Source: an uncultured Alphaproteobacteria bacterium (GTDB lineage: Bacteria > Pseudomonadota > Alphaproteobacteria > Rhizobiales > Beijerinckiaceae). Taken from it: a stretch of 64,000 nucleotides of DNA. Position numbers and translations under genes: made by a program. The number at the start of each line of letters is the position of its first letter. Position 1 is the first letter of the stretch. The DNA lies in assembly GCA_963822215.1 (NCBI GenBank), contig CAWGGX010000014.1:39935-103934 (forward strand). The letters are read 5' to 3'. Positions 10,146-18,582 of the stretch are shown here, in pieces. A model generated the notes under the pieces. It saw only the letters and a list, made by a program, of their open reading frames with translations. It made no database searches and was not told where the DNA came from.

Positions 10146-10946
10146 ATGGGGAGCGAGAGCGCGCCGATCCGGGTAAGTATGGAGGAGATCAGCAAGTCGT
10201 TCGGCGCGATCAAGTCGCTCGATCGCGTCAATCTCGTGTTGCGCGCCGGCGAGGTTTTGGGCCTCGTCGGCGACAACGGAGCGGGAAAGTCGACCTTGAG
10301 CAAGATACTGTCCGGCGCAACCATTCCGGACTCCGGGCGGCTCATTCTCGACAGCAAGGAGGTGCGGTTCGCGTCTCCCGCGGAGGCCCGCCGCGAGCGG
10401 ATCGAGATGGTCTATCAGGACCTCGCGCTCTGCGACACCGTGGACGTCGCAGGCAACCTTCTGCTTGGCCGCGAGCCGCTGCGGTGGCGGCTCGGCGTGC
10501 CGCTGATGGATAAGCCGGCCATGCACGCGCGGGCGACCGAGATGCTCAGCAGCCTCGGCATCCGGATGCCGAGCACCCGGCTCAAGGTCGAAAGCCTTTC
10601 GGGCGGCCAACGGCAGAGCATCGCCATCGGCCGGGCGGTCTCGTTCGACCCGCTCGTCCTCATCATGGACGAGCCGACGGCCGCGCTCGCGGTCGCCGAG
10701 GTCGACGCGGTGCTCAGGCTCATTCGCACTGTCAGCGCCCGCGGCGTCAGCGTCATCCTGATCACCCACAGGCTGCAGGACCTATTCGTGGTCTGCGACC
10801 GCATCATGGTCCTCTTTGAGGGCAAGAACGTCGCCGAACGACGGATCGGCGAGACGAACATCGAGGAAATCGTCAACCTGATCGTCGGCCGGAAATTCCA
10901 GTCCGTGTCGGCGAGCCACGTCTCGATCGGAGCGCGGCCGGCATGA
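10146..10946 (+). CDS. Sugar ABC transporter ATP-binding protein
   Basis: [16 protein letters not shown] and IMDEPT motifs. Confidence 0.93.
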   Translation: MGSESAPIRVSMEEISKSFGAIKSLDRVNLVLRAGEVLGLVGDNGAGKSTLSKILSGATIPDSGRLILDSKEVRFASPAEARRERIEMVYQDLALCDTVDVAGNLLLGREPLRWRLGVPLMDKPAMHARATEMLSSLGIRMPSTRLKVESLSGGQRQSIAIGRAVSFDPLVLIMDEPTAALAVAEVDAVLRLIRTVSARGVSVILITHRLQDLFVVCDRIMVLFEGKNVAERRIGETNIEEIVNLIVGRKFQSVSASHVSIGARPA

Positions 10947-11956
10947 GCGGCGGCCTCGACGAACCACTGGAGCGCTCCCGCTCGGACGAGCTTCGCAGCC
11001 GGGTGAGGCTCCTCGTTCACGACAGCGGGGGCGTCGCAAGCATCGCCGTCTTCTTTGTCGTCATGGTGGTCGTCTTCTCCCTCGTCACAGACACGTTCCT
11101 GACGCAGGCGAACCTCCTCAACATTTTGCGCCAGATCGCGCCGCTGATGATCGTCGCCGTCGCCATGACCTTCGTGATCACGACGGGGGGCATCGACCTC
11201 TCGGTCGGCTCGGTGCTCGCGCTCGTCAACGCGCTCGCCGCGATTTCGCTGCAGGCTGGCGTTCCCTGGCCGGCGGTCGTGATCCTCATGCTCGCGCTCG
11301 GCGTCCTCGTCGGCATGATCCAGGGCTTTTTCGTCGCCCACGAGGGCATCCCGGCTTTCATCGTAACGCTCGCGGGCCTCAGCTCCATCCGCGGAACCGC
11401 GCTCTACCTCACCAAGGGCTATTCGATCCCGATCGACCCCGCGAGCCTGTTCAACGAGATCGGCCGCGGCTGGGTCGCGGGACTTCCGCTGCCGGCGATC
11501 ATCGCCGTTGTCGTCCTCGCCGCGGGCTACGTCGTTTTAAACGAGACCACGTTTGGTCGCTACGTCACCGGCGTTGGCGCGAACGCCGAGGCCGTGCGCC
11601 GCTCGGGCGTCAACACCGAGCGGGTCGTCCTCTCGGTCTATGCGCTCAGCGGGCTCTCGGCCGCGCTCGCTGGGCTGATCATCGCCGCAAGGCTCGGGAG
11701 CGGCTCGTCCAACGCCGGCGTGGGCTTCGAACTCGACGTCATCGCGGCCGTGGTCCTCGGCGGCACCAGCCTCTTCGGCGGCCGGGGCACGATGACCGGC
11801 ACTATGCTCGGCGCGCTGACCGTCGCGGTGATCGGCAACGGCCTGATCCTTGCCCATCTGTCGCCGTTCCTGACGCCCATCGTCGAGGGCGTCATCATTC
11901 TCGTCGCCATCTGGCTGAACTTCCGCATCTTTCGGACAGGACGGAAGTCGGCCTGA
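10943..11956 (+). CDS. Sugar ABC transporter permease (RbsC-like)
   Basis: GGIDLSVGS and FELDVIAAVVLGGTSLFGGRG motifs. Confidence 0.93.
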   Translation: MSGGLDEPLERSRSDELRSRVRLLVHDSGGVASIAVFFVVMVVVFSLVTDTFLTQANLLNILRQIAPLMIVAVAMTFVITTGGIDLSVGSVLALVNALAAISLQAGVPWPAVVILMLALGVLVGMIQGFFVAHEGIPAFIVTLAGLSSIRGTALYLTKGYSIPIDPASLFNEIGRGWVAGLPLPAIIAVVVLAAGYVVLNETTFGRYVTGVGANAEAVRRSGVNTERVVLSVYALSGLSAALAGLIIAARLGSGSSNAGVGFELDVIAAVVLGGTSLFGGRGTMTGTMLGALTVAVIGNGLILAHLSPFLTPIVEGVIILVAIWLNFRIFRTGRKSA

Positions 11957-11975
11957 GGAGGGAGCGCGTTCAAGC

Positions 11976-13049
11976 ATGGTCGAAGCGAGGAAGACGGGCG
12001 TCGAGTTGGGCATGGTGCGGACCGTGCTCGGGCCTATAAAGCCCGAGGAGATGGGTGTAACACTGATGCACGAGCACATCCTGCTCGACACATCGAGCTG
12101 GTGGAAGCGGCCCTGCTGCGCCTCCGACATCGGTTTCGCCGAGCGTGCACTCGACATCTCGATGATCGGGGAATTGCGGATGAATCCGTTCCTCAATCGG
12201 GACAATTGCGGCCTCTTCGACGTCAAGGCGGCGGTGGAGGAGCTCGGCGCCTTCGTCGAATACGGGGGCAAGACCGTCGTCGATCCGACCAACCTCGGCA
12301 TCGGCCGCGACCCGTCCGCCCTGCAGCGCGTCAGCCGCCGCACTGGGCTCAACATCGTGATGGGCGCGGGCTTCTATCTCGAGCCGTCCCACCCGGACTA
12401 TGTCAAGGCCATGTCGGTCGAGGCGATCGCCGAGGCGATCGCGGCCGACTGCGGGGTCTCGGAGTACGAGCCCGAAGTCTGCGCCGGGATCATCGGGGAA
12501 ATCGGAATCAGCAAGGATTTCACGCTCGCCGAGGAGAAGGTGCTGCGCGGGGCCGCGCGGGCCTCGAAGATCAGCGGCGCGCCGCTGACCATTCATCTGC
12601 CGGGGTGGGAACGGCTCGCCCACCGCGTGCTGGACGTCGTCGAGAGCGAAGGCGCTGACCCCCGGCACACCGTGCTCTGCCATATGAACCCCAGTCTGCA
12701 CGATCCCAAATACCAGCGCAGCCTCGCCGACCGCGGCGCGTTTCTTGAGTACGACATGATCGGCATGGACTACTTCTACGCGGACCAGCAGGCTCAATCG
12801 CCCTCGGACGAGGAGAACGCGATCGCCATCTGCAGGCTGGCCGAGGACGGCTACCTCAACACGATCCTCATGTCGCAGGACGTGTTCCTCAAGATGATGC
12901 TGACGCGCTACGGAGGCTTCGGATACGGATACATCCTTCGCCACTTCGTTCCGCGTCTCAAACGTCACGGGATGGACCAGGCGACGATCGACCGCATCCT
13001 GATCGAGAACCCGCGCCGCGTTTTCTCCGCCGCACACCGGGCGATGTAA
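11976..13049 (+). CDS. Phosphotriesterase-related (PHP/PLL-like) metallohydrolase
   Basis: RTVLGPI, MHEH, GIIGEIG, IH, CH and SQD metal ligands. Confidence 0.92.
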   Translation: MVEARKTGVELGMVRTVLGPIKPEEMGVTLMHEHILLDTSSWWKRPCCASDIGFAERALDISMIGELRMNPFLNRDNCGLFDVKAAVEELGAFVEYGGKTVVDPTNLGIGRDPSALQRVSRRTGLNIVMGAGFYLEPSHPDYVKAMSVEAIAEAIAADCGVSEYEPEVCAGIIGEIGISKDFTLAEEKVLRGAARASKISGAPLTIHLPGWERLAHRVLDVVESEGADPRHTVLCHMNPSLHDPKYQRSLADRGAFLEYDMIGMDYFYADQQAQSPSDEENAIAICRLAEDGYLNTILMSQDVFLKMMLTRYGGFGYGYILRHFVPRLKRHGMDQATIDRILIENPRRVFSAAHRAM

Positions 13050-13066
13050 GTACAGGGAGGGTGGCC

Positions 13067-13840
13067 ATGACCGACAGGCGGTACAAAGTTCTGCTCGCAG
13101 GCGAATCCTGGGTCACCACGGCGAACCACGTCAAAGGCTTCGATCAGTTCGCGACGGTGACCTTTCATCTCGGCGCCGAGCCGCTGGTGGACGCTTTGAA
13201 GGATTCGTCATTCGACCTGCGCTACATGCCTTCGCACGAGGCGCAGCGCGACTTTCCACAGACGAGCGAGGCAATCGCGGCCTACGACGCCGTGATCCTG
13301 TCCGACATCGGCTCGAACACGCTGCTCCTGCATCCCGACACCTGGATCCACAGCCGGCGGACGCCGAACCGGCTGCGCGCCCTGAAGGCCTATGTCGAGA
13401 CCGGCGGCGGCTTGATGATGGTCGGCGGCTATTACAGCTTCCAGGGCATCAACGGTGGGGCGCGCTATCACGGGACGCCGGTCGAGGAGACGCTGCCGGT
13501 GGAAATCCTTTCTTACGACGACCGCGTTGAGGCGCCGGAAGGCTTCATCCCTTCGGTGAAACAACCGAAGCACCCCATCCTCGCCGGGCTCGACGAGGAG
13601 TGGCCGGCCCTGCTCGGTTTCAACGAGGTCCGGCCGAAGTCGAGCGCGAACGTTTTGGCGACGGTCTCGGCGGATTACGGCGAGAAGCCCCTGCTGGTCG
13701 CCGGAGAGTTCGGCGACGGACGGACGCTCGCTTGGACCTCCGACATCGGCCCGCACTGGCTGCCGCCGGAATTCGCCGCCTGGACAGGATATGCGCGGCT
13801 TTGGCGGCAGGCGCTCGAGTGGCTCGTCCGGTCCCGGTAG
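13067..13840 (+). CDS. Class I glutamine amidotransferase-like protein (DUF1355 type)
   Basis: LLAGESW, YDAVILSDIG, GGYYSFQG and SDIGPHW motifs. Confidence 0.88.
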   Translation: MTDRRYKVLLAGESWVTTANHVKGFDQFATVTFHLGAEPLVDALKDSSFDLRYMPSHEAQRDFPQTSEAIAAYDAVILSDIGSNTLLLHPDTWIHSRRTPNRLRALKAYVETGGGLMMVGGYYSFQGINGGARYHGTPVEETLPVEILSYDDRVEAPEGFIPSVKQPKHPILAGLDEEWPALLGFNEVRPKSSANVLATVSADYGEKPLLVAGEFGDGRTLAWTSDIGPHWLPPEFAAWTGYARLWRQALEWLVRSR

Positions 13841-13845
13841 CTCTC

Positions 13846-14754
13846 ATGATCCACGTCCTCGGCAACGCGGCGATCGACACGCTCCTTCGCGTCGACACGT
13901 TTCCGCGGCCGGGGGAGACCATTGTGGCTCGGGGCGCCCTCGAGGACCTCGGCGGCAAGGGGGTCAACCAGGCGATCGTGCTTGCCCGTTGCGGACAGGA
14001 GGTCCGTCTCGCCGCTGCGCTCGGCGGCGATGCTGCCGGCGAGCGGATCCGAAACATTCTGGCGGCGGAGGGCATTCGTCTCGACGGGATTCACGTCTGG
14101 GGTGGAGCGACCGATCGCTGCGTCATCACCGTCGACCGCGATGGCGAGAACATGATTGTGAGCCTCGTCGACGCCGCCGCCCATTTCGACCCGCTCGCCT
14201 GCGGGAGCATCGGGCCCGAGGTCGCGCACGGCGACTGGATGCTGCTGCAGGGCAACCTCAGTCCTGCCATCACCCGGGCGTGCCTCGCCTTCGCGAGGCG
14301 GGCGGGCACGGTGGCGGCCCTCAATCCGTCCCCGACCTATCCGGCGGCAGAATACGACTGGCGCCTCGTCGACCTCGTCGTCCTCAACCGCGTCGAAGCC
14401 GTCGCCCTCGGCGGCCGCTCCGACCCCATCGAGGCGGGGGGCGCCCTGCGCGCCGCGGGCGCGGGAACTGTCGTCGTGACCCTGGGCGCGGAAGGCGCGG
14501 CGCTTCTTTCGGAGACCGGCGTCTTGTGGGCGCAGGCTCCACCGACAAACGTCGTGGACACCACCGGCGCTGGCGACGCTTTCTGCGGCGTCCTGATCGC
14601 GGCGCGCGCGAGCGGCTCGTCCTGGAAGCGCGCGCTGAGGGTCGCCTGCGAGGCGGCGACGATTTGCGTGTCGCGCCCGGGCGTGCGCGCCTCGTTCCCA
14701 ACCCGCGCCGAGATAACCGCAATCTTTGAGAGAGCGACGGAGCATTCGACATGA
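13846..14754 (+). CDS. PfkB/ribokinase family carbohydrate kinase
   Basis: PRPGET, GGKGVNQA and VDTTGAGDAF motifs. Confidence 0.92.
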   Translation: MIHVLGNAAIDTLLRVDTFPRPGETIVARGALEDLGGKGVNQAIVLARCGQEVRLAAALGGDAAGERIRNILAAEGIRLDGIHVWGGATDRCVITVDRDGENMIVSLVDAAAHFDPLACGSIGPEVAHGDWMLLQGNLSPAITRACLAFARRAGTVAALNPSPTYPAAEYDWRLVDLVVLNRVEAVALGGRSDPIEAGGALRAAGAGTVVVTLGAEGAALLSETGVLWAQAPPTNVVDTTGAGDAFCGVLIAARASGSSWKRALRVACEAATICVSRPGVRASFPTRAEITAIFERATEHST

Positions 14755-15593
14755 GCGATTCGCCGCTGGTCGCGCGGGAGCGCGGCGACCCCCTTCAGGA
14801 GATTTTCGGACGCAGGGAGCGCGTCCTCATCGGCGTCGTGCATCTCCTGCCACTGCCCGGATCGCCGGACCATGCCGTCTCGGACGTCGAGGCGATCTAC
14901 GACCGCGCCCTCGCCGACGCGCGCGCCTATCGCGCGGCTGGATTCGACGGCCTTATCGTCGAGAACCACGGCGACATTCCCTTTGCCAAGCCCGACGACA
15001 TCGGGCCGGAGACGGCGGCCCACATGGAGGTCGCCGCCGACCGCATCCGGCGTGAGACGAAGGCGCCGATCGGCGTCAACGTGCTCGCCAACGCGGCGGT
15101 GCACGCGGTCGCTGTCGCCAGCGCCGCGGCCGCGCGCTTCGTGCGGGTCAACCAGTGGGCGAACGCCTATGTCGCCAATGAAGGATTCATCGAGGGCGCC
15201 GCGGCGCGCGCGACCCGCTACCGTCGCGCGCTCGGCGCCTCGGGCGTCCGGATCTTCGCCGACGCGCACGTTAAGCACGGCGCCCATGCCATCGTGCAGG
15301 ATCGGTCGATCGCGGAACTCGTGCGCGACGTCGAGTTCTTCAACGCTGACGTCGTCATCGCGACGGGCCAGCGCACCGGGCACGCAGCCGATCTCGACTA
15401 CATCCGAATCATCAGGTCCGCCGCCTCGGTTCCGGTCTTGGTCGGCAGCGGCGTCACGCCGGACAATGTCCGCGACATTCTCGCCGTCGTGAATGGGGTC
15501 ATTGTCGCCAGCGCGCTCAAGGTAGACGGGTTGTGGTGGAACTCCGTGGACCCGGACCGGGCCAGGCGCTTCGTCGACGGCGTGGGAGTGTAG
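14751..15593 (+). CDS. BtpA/SgcQ family TIM-barrel protein
   Basis: IGVVHLLPLPGSP, VENHGDIPF, GVNVLAN and LVGSGVT motifs. Confidence 0.92.
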   Translation: MSDSPLVARERGDPLQEIFGRRERVLIGVVHLLPLPGSPDHAVSDVEAIYDRALADARAYRAAGFDGLIVENHGDIPFAKPDDIGPETAAHMEVAADRIRRETKAPIGVNVLANAAVHAVAVASAAAARFVRVNQWANAYVANEGFIEGAAARATRYRRALGASGVRIFADAHVKHGAHAIVQDRSIAELVRDVEFFNADVVIATGQRTGHAADLDYIRIIRSAASVPVLVGSGVTPDNVRDILAVVNGVIVASALKVDGLWWNSVDPDRARRFVDGVGV

Positions 15594-15615
15594 ACAACCG
15601 AGACCGGGGCGCAGC

Positions 15616-16260
15616 ATGGCCTCGTTTTCCGAGCGGATGAAGTCAGAGGCGCAGACGGCCTGGGACACGATCCTCGCCCATAGGTTCTTTCGCGAGATCG
15701 CGGAAGATGCGATCGAGGACGCAGTTTTCGGTCGCTACCTCGATATCGAGTATTCCTTTGTCGACACGGCGGCCGCGGCGCTCGGCTATGCGGTGGCGAA
15801 GGCGCCGTCCTTTCGGGAGCGGCGCCATCTTGCGCTCGGGCTGCATGGCCTCGTGACCGACCAGGAGCAGTTCTTCGCGACGGCGTTCGAACAGATCGGG
15901 CGGCGCGCCCCGGAGTCCGGGAGCCCTCGCCCCGGCCTGGCCGCGCCGCTGCACGGCCTCTTTCTTACCGTCGCTCGGGACGAGCCCTACGAGGAGATTC
16001 TGGCCTGCACGCTCGGCGCCGAGTGGCTATACTTGACCTGGTGCTCGCGGGCGGCCGGCACACCTTCGTCGCGGGCCGCCATCCGGGAGTGGGTCGCCCT
16101 TCACGCAGGCGGCCCTTTCGCCGGGCAGGTGGCATGGACGCGAGCTGAGATCGACGCGCGCGGCCCGAATTTGTCGATGGAGCGGCAGGCCAGACTTTGC
16201 CGCCTCTTCGAACAGGTGCTCGTGGCCGAGGCGCCGTTTCACGATGCCGCCTATGGGTGA
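15616..16260 (+). CDS. tenA: TenA family protein (TenA_E-like, no Cys at the usual catalytic position)
   Basis: WDTILAHRFF, GAEWLYLTW, EWVALH and EAPFHDAAY motifs. Confidence 0.82.
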   Translation: MASFSERMKSEAQTAWDTILAHRFFREIAEDAIEDAVFGRYLDIEYSFVDTAAAALGYAVAKAPSFRERRHLALGLHGLVTDQEQFFATAFEQIGRRAPESGSPRPGLAAPLHGLFLTVARDEPYEEILACTLGAEWLYLTWCSRAAGTPSSRAAIREWVALHAGGPFAGQVAWTRAEIDARGPNLSMERQARLCRLFEQVLVAEAPFHDAAYG

Positions 16261-16535
16261 ACCGCGGCCTTTCGGGAGAGTTGTCATTCGCTTTCGCGCA
16301 CCTTGATGCATGAAAGTGTCCGCAGAGCACCCTCCTTTCAGGAGAGGGCCGCGGGGGCGAGGGCGAAATCAGCGCATCGCGCAGACGGCCTTGGCTTCGC
16401 AGGCTATCGCAAGGCGAAGTCCAGCATTGCTGTCCTAGCTTCGTCGCGAGTTGAGCGAGGACATGATGCAGGCCGCCGCCCTTGGGCGGTCGTTTGCAGG
16501 TCTTCTGGCCAAAAACGAGAACTGTCCGCGCAATT

Positions 16536-17334
16536 GGCGTTGTCACGGGAACCTGAATTTGCGACGCGAAGTCCGGAAGTCACAGCTCGGGCTTATGCTG
16601 CCGTCGCGGCTCGCCACGTCCGGAACGCTTCGTCTCTGAGGACGCGGAGCGTGTTGCGGGACGTGAGATGGCGCTGGACGTTGAGCTTGTTATGGACGGC
16701 GGCATGAACGGACAGGAACCGTTGGGCTGATCCGGGCGATTTGAACCGCTGCATCTTGCGTTCGCGTCGTCGCGTCGGCTGATGCGAATTCTCGGCCCGA
16801 TTGTTCTTCCCCAAGCCCTGCTCATGGCGAGCCGACAATCCCATCTCCGACCTGGCTGCGCCGTAAGAGCGCAGTTTGTCGGTCACCAGCACATCGGGAG
16901 CGAAGCCGTGTTTCTTGAGCAGCTCGCGCATCAGTTTCAAGGCTGCGGCCTTGTCGCGCCGTCGTTGCACCAGGAGATCGAGAACCTCGCCTTCATCGTC
17001 GACCGCGCGCCAGAGCCAGAACCGCCGGCCCGCAATCGTCACGGCCATCTCGTCGAGATGCCACCGCGCCGTTGGCCTTGGGCGTCGGCGGCGAAGTTCG
17101 CGGGCGAACAACGGCCCGAATTTCAAGACCCATCGCCGCACCGTTTCGTAGGAGACATCCAGTCCGCGCTCAGCGAGCAGATCTTCGACGTCGCGATAAC
17201 TGAGGGTGAAACGAACATAGAGCCAAACCGCGTGTCGGATGATCGAAGGGGGGAACTGGTGGCGGGCAAACGAGATCGTCATGTGCCATCTTACCCGCCG
17301 ACTCGAGACGCGCTACAGTTGCCGTGACAAGGCC
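16536..17334 (-). mobile_element. IS6 family insertion sequence (799 bp)
   Basis: 17-bp terminal inverted repeats with 2 mismatches: GGCGTTGTCACGGGAAC (16536-16552) and GTTGCCGTGACAAGGCC (17318-17334); no target duplication. Confidence 0.9.
16593..17282 (-). CDS. IS6 family transposase
   Basis: LSYRDVEDLLAERG, WHLDEM, VTDKL and NNRAENSH DDE motifs. Confidence 0.95.
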   Translation of the reverse strand: MTISFARHQFPPSIIRHAVWLYVRFTLSYRDVEDLLAERGLDVSYETVRRWVLKFGPLFARELRRRRPRPTARWHLDEMAVTIAGRRFWLWRAVDDEGEVLDLLVQRRRDKAAALKLMRELLKKHGFAPDVLVTDKLRSYGAARSEMGLSARHEQGLGKNNRAENSHQPTRRRERKMQRFKSPGSAQRFLSVHAAVHNKLNVQRHLTSRNTLRVLRDEAFRTWRAATAA

Positions 17335-17682
17335 TTTCAGACTATCCCCCGCGTCGCACGCACTGGAGGTTGCGGCTACATCGCCGAAACAGTTCACGGT
17401 GGCTGGCGGAAGTTGAAAAAGAAGCACGCCGACGCAGCTTACTTCTCTTCGTGAATTAGCCGACGGTCTTCAGGGCCTCGTTCGAAGGCTTGGCGACCGG
17501 TTCGGCAGCTCGATCTCGATGGCCCGCTTGCAAGCTGATCGAAGATTAGGCCTTGTCAGCAAGAGCAGATGCGGACCAATCCGCCATCCTCATCCGGCGC
17601 ACTGGGGGGCGCCAATCTGTCGACCGCGCTTGGGCCTCGGGCGCTGGGGCGACCGGTAGAGTGACGGCAAAGGAACGAAGCC

Positions 17683-18252
17683 GTGAGCAAGACCAAAAAG
17701 ATTGTCAACATGCTGGCGGATGACACGGCCGCGCCGGTCGCCGCTCGCACCTTGGCCAAGGCAGCAGAGCAGGAAGGGAAGCTGATCTCCGACTATCTGA
17801 CGGAACGGCTTCAGCACGACCACGCGCCACCGACGAGTGCCTGGGACAAAATGAAGGCGGCTGCCGCCGAAGCTCGGGAAAGGAGACAAGCGAAGGACGA
17901 GAAGTTTGAGACGACAGAACCGCGACCCAGATACAAGGAGCCAGCGGAGGTCACTGCGATGGTTCTGGCGTACAAGGAGCAGATCGAGTTCCTTGACCGC
18001 CTGAAGCTCGTTGTAAAGGCGATGAAGGGCTTGCCGCCGGATACGAATTTCGCCCAGGCCCTGGCCGCTGCGATTACAGAAGGCGCGCGGGCGTTGAAGG
18101 CGCTTGAGAAGGAACAAGAGCCGATGATCGCAGCCGGCATTGCCGCGAGAAAAGCGAGCGCGGAGGCCTATGCCATCGCCTTCAAGGCCTGGGAGGCGCG
18201 CATGGAGCGTGAGCGAACTCATTCGGCGGAGACGCGGCGCGAGAAGCTCTGA
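17683..18252 (+). CDS. Hypothetical alpha-helical/coiled-coil protein
   Basis: 189 aa, A/E/K-rich protein-like composition; AAGGA RBS before GTG. Confidence 0.7.
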   Translation: MSKTKKIVNMLADDTAAPVAARTLAKAAEQEGKLISDYLTERLQHDHAPPTSAWDKMKAAAAEARERRQAKDEKFETTEPRPRYKEPAEVTAMVLAYKEQIEFLDRLKLVVKAMKGLPPDTNFAQALAAAITEGARALKALEKEQEPMIAAGIAARKASAEAYAIAFKAWEARMERERTHSAETRREKL

Positions 18253-18582
18253 CGAACATTTACGGACAAACGACTTCAACCCGTCGCCTTCAAGGACGGT
18301 GACGTATTAAAGCGGGAGGCCCGGCGCAGCCGCCGAGTTGCACTGGGGGACGTCGGAGCGCCGGAAATTCGGCTGTAATTTTTACAGCACGAATGTCTCG
18401 CTGAGGTCCGAATCCGACGCTTGCCTCCCGCAGCGACGGCAGCTCTCGACCGAAATCGGAAGTTGCAGGGCGGTTCACGAATGTCCGTCCGTCGCAAGAA
18501 AGCAGTCGGAGGCGTCTTGGCAGGGGAGACCGCCAAAACGCATGCAAAGGATCTTGGGCGCGGCAGGGCCCTCCGTCGGCAG

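Noticed and set aside
16261-16535. Several hairpins after tenA, possible structured RNA or TPP riboswitch
   Set aside because: No TPP consensus, downstream position, and hairpins are expected at this GC content
17549-17558. GGCCTTGTCA matching the IS6 inverted repeat
   Set aside because: Only 10 bp, with no partner end or transposase remnant
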